DNA of 64,000 nucleotides from Lingula anatina (GCA_051362555.1 CM120641.1:40368401-40432400); one strand, 5' to 3'; positions 1-20,976 are shown, numbered from the stretch's first letter. Translations and numbers: made by a program. The notes: generated by a model from the sequence alone, not told the origin.

Positions 1-1915
1 TTTGAAATATGTCCACAGAAAACTACTTGTAATCTACGTTTTGCTAAGGCTAATTTTGGACAATCGACAAAACTCCCGTCTTATATACCCCGTATACCCA
101 CCCAACAGTAACACCCAGTTACACCGTCTAGAAAGAAATTTTAAATAAACTCTTTCGTCCATGTTATATAATAGGTCAATATATTTTGATGGATAACAAC
201 AAAAACTGAAAAGTACATATCACCGATTTTTATTTTTGAACGTCCTCTACATATTTATGTCTACAACGTACACTGTATGTGAGGATATGTCACTTTGAGC
301 GCAAACATACAGTTATCTATCCTCATTGTAGGATATCTGCCAAACTTATCAGAAAATCAAAATAACAAGTAATGCCTTCACTGAGAAAATCTAATAAACT
401 TTATAACTTCTTATAGGCAACGAAAATTCACCAAATGCTCATTAACAGAAAGGTCAATACTTCATATACAGAAAGCTTTACATAAAAATCGGTAAAAACT
501 AACATTATATTCGAGCAACATTCTCAGCTGATCATCAGATGTTAAATTGTAAATAATCTGTAAATAACATATCCTATAAGGAAAAAAACAACTCTAATTC
601 TCTAACTAATTGTGATAATAATAACAATAATTGTATCTGGTTAAATGGTTGCATCCCCCCACCTCTGTACATCTGGAAGACATTGGATTTGCTGCTCCTC
701 CTGCAACCACGACTGCATGGAAGACGATATTGCACCATACCCCTGCTAAATATACTTACAATATAGGATGAAAAGTCATGTTGTTGGATTAATTTCCTCT
801 CATTTACTCATACAGTACACTTGTTTGTGCTGTTCAAGGTTTATTTTGTTTAATGCCCTTGTATTCAGTTATCTCACCCTTCTTTAGTCAGTTCTAAACA
901 GTGTATCTGTCATGTACTGAGTAACATTGTCCTTTATTAAATTTTCTCACTGAATTACATAAAAACATAATATAATGACACTTAAAAAGCAGGGTAGTTT
1001 TAACCTGAATATAACTGCAATATTCCGCCTGGTACACTGTTTTAAGATAATAATAATAAAAAAAAAAAAAAAAAAAAAAGATACCTGGTCCAGTAGAATC
1101 TGATATGAATTTTGTCATGTAGCTTTGTGCATTCTCTCTACTGCAAGTCTGGACACAAATCAAAAGCTGTAATCTCTATTTATCTGTAAATCACATCTCT
1201 GTGTAAATGTTAATAAACCACAAAAATAACCAAATGTTACCAAACACTCTTTAACTTAAAGAAAGAAACCGTTGTTGTTGTTTGTGAAATATCTTATCTG
1301 AAATCCTGTTGTTGCACTTCTGTTCAAAATTTCTGTTTGATATTTTGAGTCAACATCTTAAGTTGTTATTGTACTTGACAAAAATACACTGAAACAACAT
1401 TTCAGGATATTTCATGACTTAAAGGCATGTTGTCCTTTATACATATAACATATTTCCATTCTAAAAATATCAACTTAAAATTATGCACCTTTATCACCAT
1501 TTTCAATTATTTCATTTACCCTGTTACAGTATTTTTACATACTTATTTTCTACAATATATTTAACTAAATATAAACACATTTTAATTCTCCAACAAGTTA
1601 ATTCATTCATTTTATTTACCATTTCAGCTGTTTTAATGCTATATCAAATTTCTAAAGGCATGAATGAAGGTAATTTCTCCTCCCCCCCTCAAAAATAATA
1701 GATAAACAAATACAATAAATTGCAGATCTAAAACATCCTTCAGAACATAAACAACTATGTACAACTGATTTTTTAACCTTCTATGAGAACAGAACACATA
1801 CTTTTCCTTTTAGGACAATTTAAAGCAGATCTTACAGCAGGAATCAAAATTGAGCAGACTTGTGAAATATAGACAGGGATCCTGAGCAGAGTGTATGATG
1901 TTGGCAGGCATCCCA

Positions 1916-9846
<7,931 letters not shown>

Positions 9847-10192
9847 CTAGGAAAAAGCAATAAAAACTGCGTTAGGTTTTTTTTTCTCTATAGAGTTGAT
9901 AAATTATTGCTATTAAGCTAGGCTCTATAGACTATTTCATTTTTGTCGTTTAAAACATTTTAACTGTCTGGATAACAGTCCGACAGTTTCACAAAAAAAG
10001 AGAATAGAAAAAAAATTACATAAAATAAATTAGTCTAAATAGGGCACATTTACATAAATATATCATGACAAATGTACCTACTTAAGCATAATATCATATA
10101 ATCATATAATATTATTCTTATTTAAATCAGTATTATTATGACCTAGACAGTTTTAAGAGGCAAATATGGATGACACATACAAAGATCATCTG

Positions 10193-10300
<108 letters not shown>

Positions 10301-12599
10301 AAAAAAATTCAGAAACATTGTAATTTTGAATAATTATAAAATAACCATATGAGCTAAGGTAAATATTTTAACCAAATATTGATGGATAATGCACCCACCA
10401 TTCTTTATATTTTGAAATTTTGCCAAGAAAGGAAGATTTTTACTGTCATGGAAATGACAAAGTTTGAGCAGTTCAACTTAAGTTCAACTTGAATCCAAAA
10501 AATTTATTACACAAATCTGGAAAAACAGAATGAAAAAAAAAAATATTCCACTTGAACTGCAATTTGTATGAAGACCATTAACAAGTATAAATGCCATTCT
10601 ACACTTTGCTACATGCTGGGAACTGAACATTTCCTCTCAACCTTGGCAAAAATGGTGGTCCAAGGTTGTCCTTTTAAGTTTGTGAGAGCATAGGATGTTT
10701 GACTAACTGTGGACTTTTTGTAACAGCAACAATAAACATTTACTTAAGTATTTAAATCGTGGCTTGTTTAAAGACACAAACACTTTGACATCTATGTTTA
10801 TAAAGTAACAACAACTAAAATCTTACTTGTTTCATTAGAGTGTAATAAGACTGGCAAACTTTAAATGTAGCCTTAAGACCTCTACTTCATTCACATCACA
10901 ACTTTAAACGCCCCAATATTTACAGCTGCTTTTTTTCTACATGGGCTTTACATAAAGTGTTTAGGACCAATTGTTTTAACTCCTAATAATAAAGTTTATT
11001 CAACTAAAGAGATGACAATGTTTTCCTTTTAAGCAGTTCAAGTGGTTAAATCCAAAAGACATTAATTTGTATACTAAGGGGTTGGCATGTAGCCCTGCCT
11101 TGTTAGCTTTCTGTAAGGGAGCCAAATTTTACCATTCCATTTTACCGTCCCTACCAAAACTTGAAATCTGACCAGGGTCCTCAAACTCATCTGAAACTCT
11201 ACAGTGACACCAAGCTTTTTTCAAACTGAACTCTTTTAAAACAACTCCCAGTCAATCATCTACTAATAAATAATTCTGCCATGAAACTTGTTGCACATTT
11301 CCAGTTTTATCTTTGCTCTTATTGCTTCAGTTTAATGTGAAAATATTAAATAGGTGGAATCAGATCAGAAATATCTGGGAAACTGTATGCATTGAAGCTC
11401 TTTAGAAATAAAGTCTGTTTTGATGCCTGAATAAACTATTTCTTGATTCTTCAAAATTTGCTGAATTCATCAGTTAATAATGGTCAACAGTGCACTGCTA
11501 TTTTATAACTCATATTTTCACATTTTTAAATCTTATGCTCAATAAAATCATTTATCACAAATCACAGCTTGATCTTTCAAATATTCCTAACCTCTAAAGT
11601 CACTCATTATTTCAGGAAATGTAACTTTTGATTGATTTTTGTACATTTGAAAATATTTCATTTAGCATGCAAATACCCCTACTACTGGGTGACAACATCT
11701 GAACAAAATGAAAAATTACCATTTTTTTCAACAATTACATTGTTCACAAAACTGAACATTCTTGTACTGACATTATTAGTTGTTGGACTATTTGTGATTG
11801 AGGCAAACATGCTGAATAAAAGGAATCATATGTTAACAGAGTAGCTTGTATATGTATCAGCATTTCTAATCAAGTATTTTCTAACTTCATGTACATACAT
11901 ATAGTACGCTACACAGAATATGCAATTTGATCACCACAATAACATCCTTTCTAAATTCTATACCTTTGTATCAATTCAAGATCGTAAGTATCCAATTTGC
12001 TTACTTATACAGGTAAAACATGTCAAGTTTAATATGAAATATCCTTTAAAATCCTTAGAAGTAACCATACATACAGCACTTCCCATTTACCTAGAAAAGC
12101 ACCACGGTCAGTATCTAAATCTTTTTGTGTATCAATCGTAGGTAACAAAGGATATCCACATTTTATTTATTAAACCATACTAAACAGCTGTTCAAATAAG
12201 CATGTACTAGGCTCTTTACTTAGAATCTGATCCATGTATTGCTTTCATCTGTTTTTAAATGAAACTGTTATAGAAGTTACTTAATAAAAAATACTCTAAT
12301 CAGAACAAGCTGAATTAAAACAGTGTCTCTTTGTTATTTCATTAATTTTAAATGAGGCACAAGTAAACAAATTGATATTTAAAAAATAACTAGAGGATCA
12401 GAGAGGCGATACCGCCTCCGAATATTGTACCACCAGCTGGAGCAAGCGCATTCGTATAGACCCCCACATACACAAAATAAGGGGTGCAGCCACCAGTCTT
12501 GTGCTTGACAAGCTGTAAAAATGCAATCAACAAGAATTTTCAAAATATGCAAAAAATATATATAACTAAAAATGGTGCAATCAAAGTTAAGTTCATTGT

Positions 12600-14320
12600 A
12601 AGGTAGGTCAAAGGTCAATTTCAAGGTCACAGTAAATTGCCAGTATATGACTTCCTATCCAACTTCAATAGTAACTATGGACCTATCTCTGCCAGTTTTG
12701 GAGATAAAAGGGAAGCAAAATTTGCAAAGTTCAGTTCATGGTGAAAAGTAGGTCAAAGGTCAATTTCAAGGTCACAGTAAGATTGCCAGTATATGACTTC
12801 CTATTCAACTTCAATAGTAACTATGGACCTATCTCTGCCAGTTTTGGAGATAAAAGGGAAGCAAAATTTGCAAAGTTCAGTTCAAGGTGAAAAGTAGGTC
12901 AAAGGTCAATTTCAAGGTCACAGTAAGATTGCCAGTATATGACTTCCTATTCAACTTCAATAGTAACTATGGACCTATCTCTGCCAGTTTTGGAGATAAA
13001 AGGGAAGCAAAATTTGCAAAGTTCAGTTCATGGTGAAAAGTAGGTCAAAGGTCAATTTCAAGGTCACATTTAGATTGCCAGTATATGACTTCCTATTCAA
13101 CTTCAATAGTAACTATGGACCTATCTCTGCCAGTTTTGGAGATAAAAGGGAAGCAAAATTTGCAAAGTTCAGTTCATGGTGAAAAGAAGGTCAAAGGTCA
13201 ATTTCAAGGTCACAGTAAAATTGCCAGTATATGACTTCCTATGCAAGTTCAATAGTAACTATGGACCTATCTCTGCCAGTTTTGGAGATAAAAGGGAAGC
13301 AAATTTTGCAAAGTTCAGTTCAAGGTGAAAAGTAGGTCAAAGGTCAATTTCAAGGTCACAGTAAAATTGCCAGTATATGACTTCCTATTCAAGTTCAATA
13401 GTAACTATGGACCTATCTCTGCCAGTTTTGGAGATAAAAGGGAAGCAAAATTTGCAAAGTTCAGTTCATGGTGATAAGTAGGTCAAAGGTCAATTTCAAG
13501 GTCACAGTAAGATTGCCAGTATATGACTTCCTATTCAACTTCAATAGTAACTATGGACCTATCTCTGCCAGTTTTGGAGATAAAAGGGAAGCAAAATTTG
13601 CAAAGTTCAGTTCATGGTGAAAAGTAGGTCAAAGGTCAATTTCAAGGTCACATTTAGATTGCCAGTATATGACTTCCTATTCAACTTCAATAGTAACTAT
13701 GGACCTATCTCTGCCAGTTTTGGAGATAAAAGGGAAGCAAAATTTGCAAAGTTCAGTTCATGGTGAAAAGAAGGTCAAAGGTCAATTTCAAGGTCACAGT
13801 AAGATTGCCAGTATATGACTTCCTATGCAAGTTCAATAGTAACTATGGACCTATCTCTGCCAGTTTTGGAGATAAAAGGGAAGCAAATTTTGCAAAGTTC
13901 AGTTCAAGGTGAAAAGTAGGTCAAAGGTCAATTTCAAGGTCACAGTAAAATTGCCAGTATATGACTTCCTATTCAAGTTCAATAGTAACTATGGACCTAT
14001 CTCTGCCAGTTTTGGAGATAAAAGGGAAGCAAAATTTGCAAAGTTCAGTTCATGGTGATAAGTAGGTCAAAGGTCAATTTCAAGGTCACAGTAAGATTGC
14101 CAGTATATGACTTCCTATTCAACTTCAATAGTAACTATGGACCTATCTCTGCCAGTTTTGGAGATAAAAGGGAAGCAAAATTTGCAAAGTTCAGTTCATG
14201 GTGAAAAGTAGGTCAAAGGTCAATGTCAAGGTCACAGTAAGATTGCCAGTATATGACTTCCTATTCAACTTCAATAGTAACTATGGACCTATCTCTGCCA
14301 GTTTTGGAGATATAAGGGAC
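12600..14320. repeat. 146-bp tandem satellite, about 11.7 copies
   Basis: GGTCAAAGGTCA anchors at 12606, 12751, 12897, 13043, 13189, 13335, 13481, 13627, 13773, 13919, 14065, 14211; units nearly identical. Confidence 0.97.
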
Positions 14321-14562
14321 TAAATGTTATAATTTTGGAGTTACCATAATGTGCCATAAATTTCCTACAGAAAAAATTAATTAAAATAAAGAAAAGGTCA
14401 TTTTGGTCAAAGTTCTTGAAATGGGAGGTTCTCTGAAGTTGCAGAAGTTTAAATTTGATAAAATAATGTCATTTTTTACCACAAGTTGTCTGCTTTGCCA
14501 AGCATTATGTTTTATTTTTCCGGAGTTCAAAATTTATTATCCATTACCGTACTGCACATTTT

Positions 14563-14854
14563 TACGGAAGCCGACTGGTGCCATATGTTGAAAAAAAAAA
14601 TTATCTCGAAATTTCGAGATAGCATTTTTTTTGTTCAAATTTCAAAATACTATCTCGAAATTTCGAGATAAATTTTTTTGCTCAAATATCAAAATGCTAT
14701 CTCGAAATTTCGAGATAATTTTTTTTTTGTTCAAATTTCAAAATGCTATCTCGAAATTTCGAGATAAAAATTTTTTTTGTTCAAATTTCAAAATAGTATC
14801 TCGAAATTTCGAGATAATTTTTTTTTCTACATATGGCACCAGTCGGCTTCCGTA
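14563..14854. mobile_element. MITE with long TIRs and internal palindromic repeats, nested in HINE 1
   Basis: TIRs TACGGAAGCCGACTGGTGCCATATGT and ACATATGGCACCAGTCGGCTTCCGTA; 6-bp direct repeat CATTTT on both flanks (14557-14562, 14855-14860); five copies of the palindrome TATCTCGAAATTTCGAGATA. Confidence 0.88.
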
Positions 14855-16411
14855 CATTTTCCTTTCACCACCAATATGTACTTTCTGATACAGCGTAACT
14901 CGAAAACCGTATGGAATACAAAAAAACCGAGACCACCTCCAGTGTTGGGCTTTACATGCTCTACAAAATGCAAAAAAGAATGGGTCTCTAGCATTAACGG
15001 TTCCCGAATTAGAGACAGTTTTCAGTTTCGGTATCTTATGGCCGCTACTCCTGTGAAAATGCACCGATTGACCCCAAATTCACGGAGATGAAAGATGACC
15101 TGAAGGGTAACACTTTCCAATAATATTATTGGTTAAGTCTGTGTGGCGTCTGAATAACAGGGCAAAAAAATTTTTTTTCGTAAAAAATTTCATTTTTTTG
15201 AAAATTTTGACCCATTTGACCTTGAAGTAAAGGTCAAAGGTCAAATCCGAGGGTATATTTGAAATCTACACATATGACTTTTGGAAAGCCGTCTATAGAA
15301 ATTTTTCCCGTAACTCCTTCTGTAGGGTAGATAATTAGCATTTAATTTTGCCATTTTTAGACAAGGGTGCATTGCAATGAGTGCCACACCCAGACCCCAA
15401 TACCGACAAAGCCCAAATTTTACGTGGAACGAGTTGAGATTATAGGTGACCTAAATCCATGAGATGGGTACGGGGGCCCTTACCGTCTAGGAGGAGAAGC
15501 GGTAACGGTAACATGGCGGCGGAGCCGGCGGAACGGACCGGACGGGACCGAAACCATGTGTACCGCCAGCGCTAACGCTGGTGGTAAATTTTTTTGTTCA
15601 AATTTCAAAATAGTATCTCGAAATTTCGAGATAATTTTTTTTTCTACATATGGCACCAGTGGGCTTCCGTACATTTTCCTTTCACCACCAATATGTACTT
15701 TTTGATACAGCGTAACTTGAAAACCGTATGGAATACAAAAAAACCGAGACCACCTCCAGTGTTGGGCTTTACATGCTCTACAAAATGCAAAAAAGAATGG
15801 GTCTCTAGCATTAACGGTTCCCGAATTAGAGACAGTTTTCAGTTTCGGTATCTTATGGCCGCTACTCCTGTGAAAATGCACCGATTGACCCCAAATTCAC
15901 GGAGATGAAAGATGACCTGAAGGGTAACACTTTCCAATAATATTATTGGTTAAGTCTGTGTGGTGTCTGAATAACAGGGCAAAAAATTTTTTTTTCGTAA
16001 AAAATTTCATTTTTTTGAAAATTTTGGCCCATTTGACCTTGAAGTAAAGGTCAAAGGTCAAATCCGAGGGTATATTTGAAATCTACACATATGACTTTTG
16101 GAAAGCCGTCTGTAGAAATTTTTCCCGTAACTCCTTCTGTAGGGTAGATAATTAGCATTTAATTTTGCCATTTTTGGACAAGGGTGCATTGCAATGAGTG
16201 CCACACCCAGACCCCAATACCGACAAAGCCCAAATTTTACGTGGAACGAGTTGAGATTATAGGTGACCTAAATCCATGAGATGGGTATGGGGGGCCTTAC
16301 CGTCTAGGAGGAGAAGCGGTAACGGTAGCCGTCCGGCGGAGCCGGCGGAGCCGGCGGAACGATCCGGACGAGACCGAAACCATGTGTACCGCCAGCGCTA
16401 ACGCTGGTGGT
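14769..16411. repeat. About 817-bp tandem duplication (roughly 14769-15585 and 15586-16411)
   Basis: Near-identical copies offset by 817 bp, also visible as twin ORFs 14777-15091 and 15594-15908. Each copy has the right half of the MITE and the HINE terminal hairpin. Confidence 0.93.
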
Positions 16412-16501
16412 ACAATAACCACCATTCACAACAACATCATTTCAATGTTGCACTCCAAATAATTTTTTAACTTTCATATATATATATATATATATCTGTA
16501 C

Positions 16502-16637
16502 CAGTTTCATTTTTCTCCCTGTCACAGTGCAGTGGTTCACAGCTGGTCTGCCTTTGCATTTCACCCATCACAACGCTTGGCCCATACCCGGAACTTGTCA
16601 ACTCCACTTCTTTATCAACCATTAATGATTCACTCAT
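16502..16637 (-). CDS. Candidate alternative first coding exon of the M13 peptidase (MSESLMVDKEVELTSSGYGPSVVMGEMQRQTSCEPLHCDREKNET)
   Basis: ATG at 16637, 45 codons plus G, then donor G|GTACAG. Phase 1 matches the acceptor of exon 9710-9846 and gives a 773-aa product. Confidence 0.5.
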
Positions 16638-18575
16638 TTTTTCCAAGCTGCTAATTTTTTTGTTCTGGCTAAAAAGCACAATTTTAACCTCACATAGAAA
16701 TAATAAACTGCATCACACGAAAAACACTTTCACTGGTAAGCTCCTTTCTTAAATCTGGCCAAAACATCTTACCACATGCTGCTTTATAGCAACAGTCAAG
16801 CACCGAGAGTTCAAGCAATATAGGGACGCCTGGTCTTCATCCAACTCTGGGAAAACATTCACAAGTAAAAAGCAGAGTTCAAACTAAGATCAGAAAACCA
16901 ACTAGTAGCAATATTTCTTTAAAATCTTTACCATGTTAGAACCTAGCAAGCTTTTCACCTTTTAAAATTTTTCTTTCCTCATAATGATGTCATTTTAATT
17001 ATTAAAAAAAAGTAAAACACATGGTCAGGGGAGTTTTGAGACTGCAGGACTAATTTTATGGTCAAATTTTATCAATAAGTCAAAGTCTCTCATAATGACT
17101 ATTAAGATATTTATGATAATTTTAAAAAAAATTAAACCCTTTTATTAAAAGAATACAACAGTTAATTTCTCTTATGGTTTAAATGTTATAATATTTGTAA
17201 ACAGTGCTGAGATGTATAAGTGTAGCACAGTTTCAAGAAAAAAAATATTATCCATTATTTTCACAGTTCAAATATGTCCTGGTTTTAAGTCCTTTCACTC
17301 TGGCACACAATGGGAACACTTCCAAGGACACTACTGAGAGGAATTGAACTAAATGGTTCCGTGTACCTCAAAAATGAATTTTTTTTCATACTGTTTATAA
17401 TTACCATCCAATGTCAACTGAATGTTTCCCTTTTAAGTAATCTCATCACCATATCATATCCCTCTTTCCAGATCAATTTTTATTGGTCCAAACAAACAAA
17501 TTTTTACTTGTACAAACAAAACAACTTGCCCTATAATGCAATAACTCATTTTATTTATCTGTTACAGCTCTTCTACTTTTGCTGTTAATCTAGATCTGCT
17601 ACAGTTTAAGTGGTCCCATTATGTGTGGAAAAAAATCACTTGACAGGCACAATCTCGACTTTGAATTTTTCTACAACTACACAGTACATGTATCACTTTA
17701 ATGTTTTGAATTTCTTATTTATCACAAAATTAACTTTTTTTTTTTTAAATAAAAAATTGCCTTCCCATGACCAGGTCTCCTTGTGTTACTCACAGCATTT
17801 AAATTCCAACTGGTATGGTACAGTGGATGCCCAGTGTATAAACCCTTTACTATCACTAAATTGGATATATATAAAATCTAAAAGAAGAATATCAAATACT
17901 GATCATGTCTAATGGAAAGGATGTTGGAAAACAACATTACATATAATCTATGTAATGATTTGAGAACCAGTTACATTAAAAAATATTAGTTATAATTATC
18001 CAACTAAACAAATACAATGAAATAAACAGAGCAAATTCTGTTTTCTTGCATGTCAAAGATATGTTAGTGACTTGATAAAATTTGTTGTATATGAATCACA
18101 GGCGTGAGGCCAACATATGTATGTGAAATACTGATATAAAAATAGTTGAAGCAAAAGCAAAATAAAAAAACAAGAAGTTTAAATAGAAAAAACACAGAAT
18201 TCAGCACTTCATAAAGCACTGAAATGCATATGATGGCCTTTTTCCTGAATTATCTGAACAACCTTTCATCACTTCAGCTATCTTAAAGACATTTTACATG
18301 CAAACAGGTAATTTTACATTACCATAACATGGCTAATGTGTTTAAAAAGGGACAGGTAGTATCCTTTGAAAAAGACAAACAGAAAAACAGAAGAAAACTG
18401 CACAAGTTGCCATGAGAACAAAAATGGGAACTATCCAGTATTTGAGAAAGAAATTTAATCATGTATCATGTCACCTTACAAGGAACAGACTATTTGCCAC
18501 CTTCAATAAATAATAGACATTAGCTTTAAGCAAACAGGAAGCTGAACAAAAATATTCATCAGTTTCATTGGCGTA

Positions 18576-18606
<31 letters not shown>

Positions 18607-19427
18607 TTGTTTATATATATATATATATATATAATTCCCAAGAAAAGATTTTGCCTTTGTACAAATAACAATCTATGGATGTGATGGAGCAGGGAGTTAT
18701 TTTTAATTAATAGAACACTACAGCCATACAATAAAAAGGTTTTAACACAATTTATAAGGTGATTAAATGTTTTCTAACTATGAGGCATGACATAAGTAGA
18801 AAACAGGTGTAGTCTTGAGCTCTTTAGAAACAATTTACTTCTTTCATCATTATTACACAAAACCATGAGAAACCAATTTCATAGCGAAAGTGAAAAACAT
18901 CACAGTGTGTTTATCAAGTATCTAGTGTATCCGCAGGAACATGATTCATGCCTTTTTTTCTCAAAAGATTAATAATCTAGATAAAATGCAACACCTCAGT
19001 ATCTGATATTCACCAATAAACCCCTTTTCCCCCTTATCTCAGCACTGAAAGTTTAAAATAAATACATGCTTTACTGTTTGTATCAAAATAAAAGTTTCAC
19101 ACTAGCATGACTCTATACATGTCTCCAAACATGCATGCACCTGTGAACTGATTGCCATCCCCTTTCAAAGTGACCACTTATGTGTTATATGAGAAAGAGT
19201 TTCTGTATGTTTACGCTCAGGATCATTTAATACTCATGAAAGCATGAGATCTACGTAGCAACCTCATCTCTGAGACCTGGGAACTGCTTTATATTCTAAA
19301 CCACACTTACAAAAGGCAGACTCCAATGGCTGGGCAGTTCCCACTTATGATAATTTCTCTCAACACCAAGGGGTGTGTCCTGAAGTTGTTATTTAAAGAA
19401 GATACATTTAGAGCAATGGAATCTTAC

Positions 19428-19548
19428 CTTCTTCATCTTCACTTCCACTTTCTGAATCAATGGGTACCTTTTCTGCATCTTCATCTTTGATATTCTTATA
19501 GCCTTCTGCAGCTAGGCGATTCCGAATCTTGTCCAAGGATTTAGACAT
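19428..19548 (-). CDS. Alternative first coding exon of the M13 peptidase (MSKSLDKIRNRLAAEGYKNIKDEDAEKVPIDSESGSEDEE)
   Basis: ACCATG start, 40 codons plus G, strong donor G|GTAAGA, phase 1 (768-aa product). Acidic tail with YKNI resembles M13 cytoplasmic tails. An acceptor (ttccatag) lies 6 nt upstream of the ATG. Confidence 0.75.
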
Positions 19549-20853
19549 GGTCAACTATGGAAGTTTATTATTTACTTATTCTCATTTATGGGGCAACTTT
19601 CTACAGTCCTTATACAGTCACAGAAGCAGCTATGGAAAAAAAGGATCAACTTTTTATATACTGTACATGACCATATTCCTGACTCTATGCATGTTTATCA
19701 ACTGTTACCAAGTATCAGTACTTCACATCATATTAATCTGTTATATATAACTAAAATGTCCATAAATTTAACAATCAATATATTCACTCCCAGTCCTTTA
19801 ATTATTCCACTAACCTAAACTCATTTTTGAAAAATTTAAGTTTGGGAACTTACCAGTAAGAATAGTAGAACAAAAAATTTAAACTAGTCATTAGTTTTTC
19901 TGAATAATTATAACCATTGTAACTCAAATAAATACCAAGCAGGTATCAAGTTACCTGTCTTTCAAAGTCCTAGAAATACTTGAAGAAAAATACTATCCTA
20001 TTTCACCATCTTGACTAGACTAGAACTCCATCCTCCTCCATTTCAACATTCCTACATCAAACTGTGTCCTGCCAACCTATATATTCACTGACCCACATTC
20101 TGTGCTTACATTTGCATGATAAAAGCACTATTGTGTTTGTATATTCAACAGGTAACTATCATTTATGGTCTAGCGAGTTGACAACAGAGGGCGCTGAAAA
20201 CTGGTTTATATGGAGGAGTGGCCTAAAATGAAAATTGCCACATGGTCTGTTTACTCTCCCATCAAACAATTTGAATTATCAGCACTGAGACAACATATTA
20301 TCATTCCACAGCTATGGTTTTTTATTTGTGCAGAAGATCAGAAAACTAACCTGTGATAAAAAATAAATTAATCCTGGTACATTACATGCTTTTCATGTCA
20401 CAATTACCAGTATTTATAAATTCTTAATCTGTTTCATCAGCTACTAGTATTTATACTTTCGTAACAAACATAATTTCATTTTAAAACTTTGCACCTTTAG
20501 TGTATGTGCTCTATCTTGCAGAGATCATATTAATATAAATACATATTGTACAAATTGAAAAGATTACACCTGTAACCCGAGATTTTAGCCCATATGCCCA
20601 CATCTTTGCAGAGACTCCTGATATACATGTTTAACAGCAATGCATTATTTAATTCACTTGAATAAAAGCCTTTTTATTCCATTTCCAGCTTAGTACAATG
20701 GAAAACAGTGTCAATCTAAGATACCTAAAACCCAATTATATATGTTTTAATAGAAATTTCAAATAATACTTGAATCTAAAATTAATAATACACAAACACA
20801 AAAAAAGAAAAAATGTTGATAAGAGACGAGATTCAAAAGCAAATTTAGCTCAC

Positions 20854-20872
20854 CATATTCACCAGATGTCAT
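20854..20872 (-). CDS. Candidate short alternative first coding exon of the M13 peptidase (MTSGEY)
   Basis: AAAATG start at 20872, 6 codons plus G, donor G|GTGAGC, phase 1 (734-aa product beginning MTSGEYEPL). TATAAA on the minus strand about 100 nt upstream. Confidence 0.5.
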
Positions 20873-20970
20873 TTTTCTACTCGTTTTGTTTAACACAGGT
20901 GCAATGCGGTCCTTCCTCTCCCTCTTGTATCATTCCTACCTCAACAAGTGGAGCGTCTATCTCCACTCAA

Positions 20971-20976
20971 TTTATA
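20971..20976 (-). promoter_or_regulatory. Candidate TATA box for the MTSGEY first exon
   Basis: TTTATA on + (TATAAA on -) about 100 nt upstream of ATG 20872; a short motif in AT-rich DNA, so weak on its own. Confidence 0.3.

Larger units (their letters stand above)
12388..16418 (-). mobile_element. Non-autonomous Helentron-type element (HINE/DINE-1-like) no. 1 carrying a satellite array
   Basis: 15-bp subterminal inverted repeats TATTGTACCACCAGC (12423-12437) and GCTGGTGGTACAATA (16403-16417); terminal hairpin GTACCGCCAGCG-CTAA-CGCTGGTGGTAC (16386-16413); adjacent GGCGGAGCC microsatellite; short stem-loop GAGGCG/CGCCTC (12403-12418) followed on the minus strand by CTAG and a T-rich end; no TSD seen. 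Confidence 0.85.

Noticed and set aside
10550-11250. Possible decayed coding or retroelement fragment in the peptidase intron
   Set aside because: The frames I translated have frequent stops and no RT, integrase or transposase motif.
12091-12170. A fifth phase-1 donor (CTA G|GTAAAT) that could join the peptidase TM exon
   Set aside because: An in-frame TAA lies upstream with no ATG in between, so it cannot be a first coding exon.
12600-14320. CRISPR-like appearance of the regular array
   Set aside because: Whole 146-bp units repeat with no unique spacers, there are no cas genes, and the context is a eukaryotic intron.
14595-14825. Palindromic repeats at regular spacing, CRISPR-like
   Set aside because: The spacers are copies of one another and the array lies within MITE TIRs.
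14738-15908. Duplicated 104-133 aa ORFs on both strands
   Set aside because: They lie in non-autonomous repeat sequence, have no recognisable domain, and are twinned only by the 817-bp duplication.
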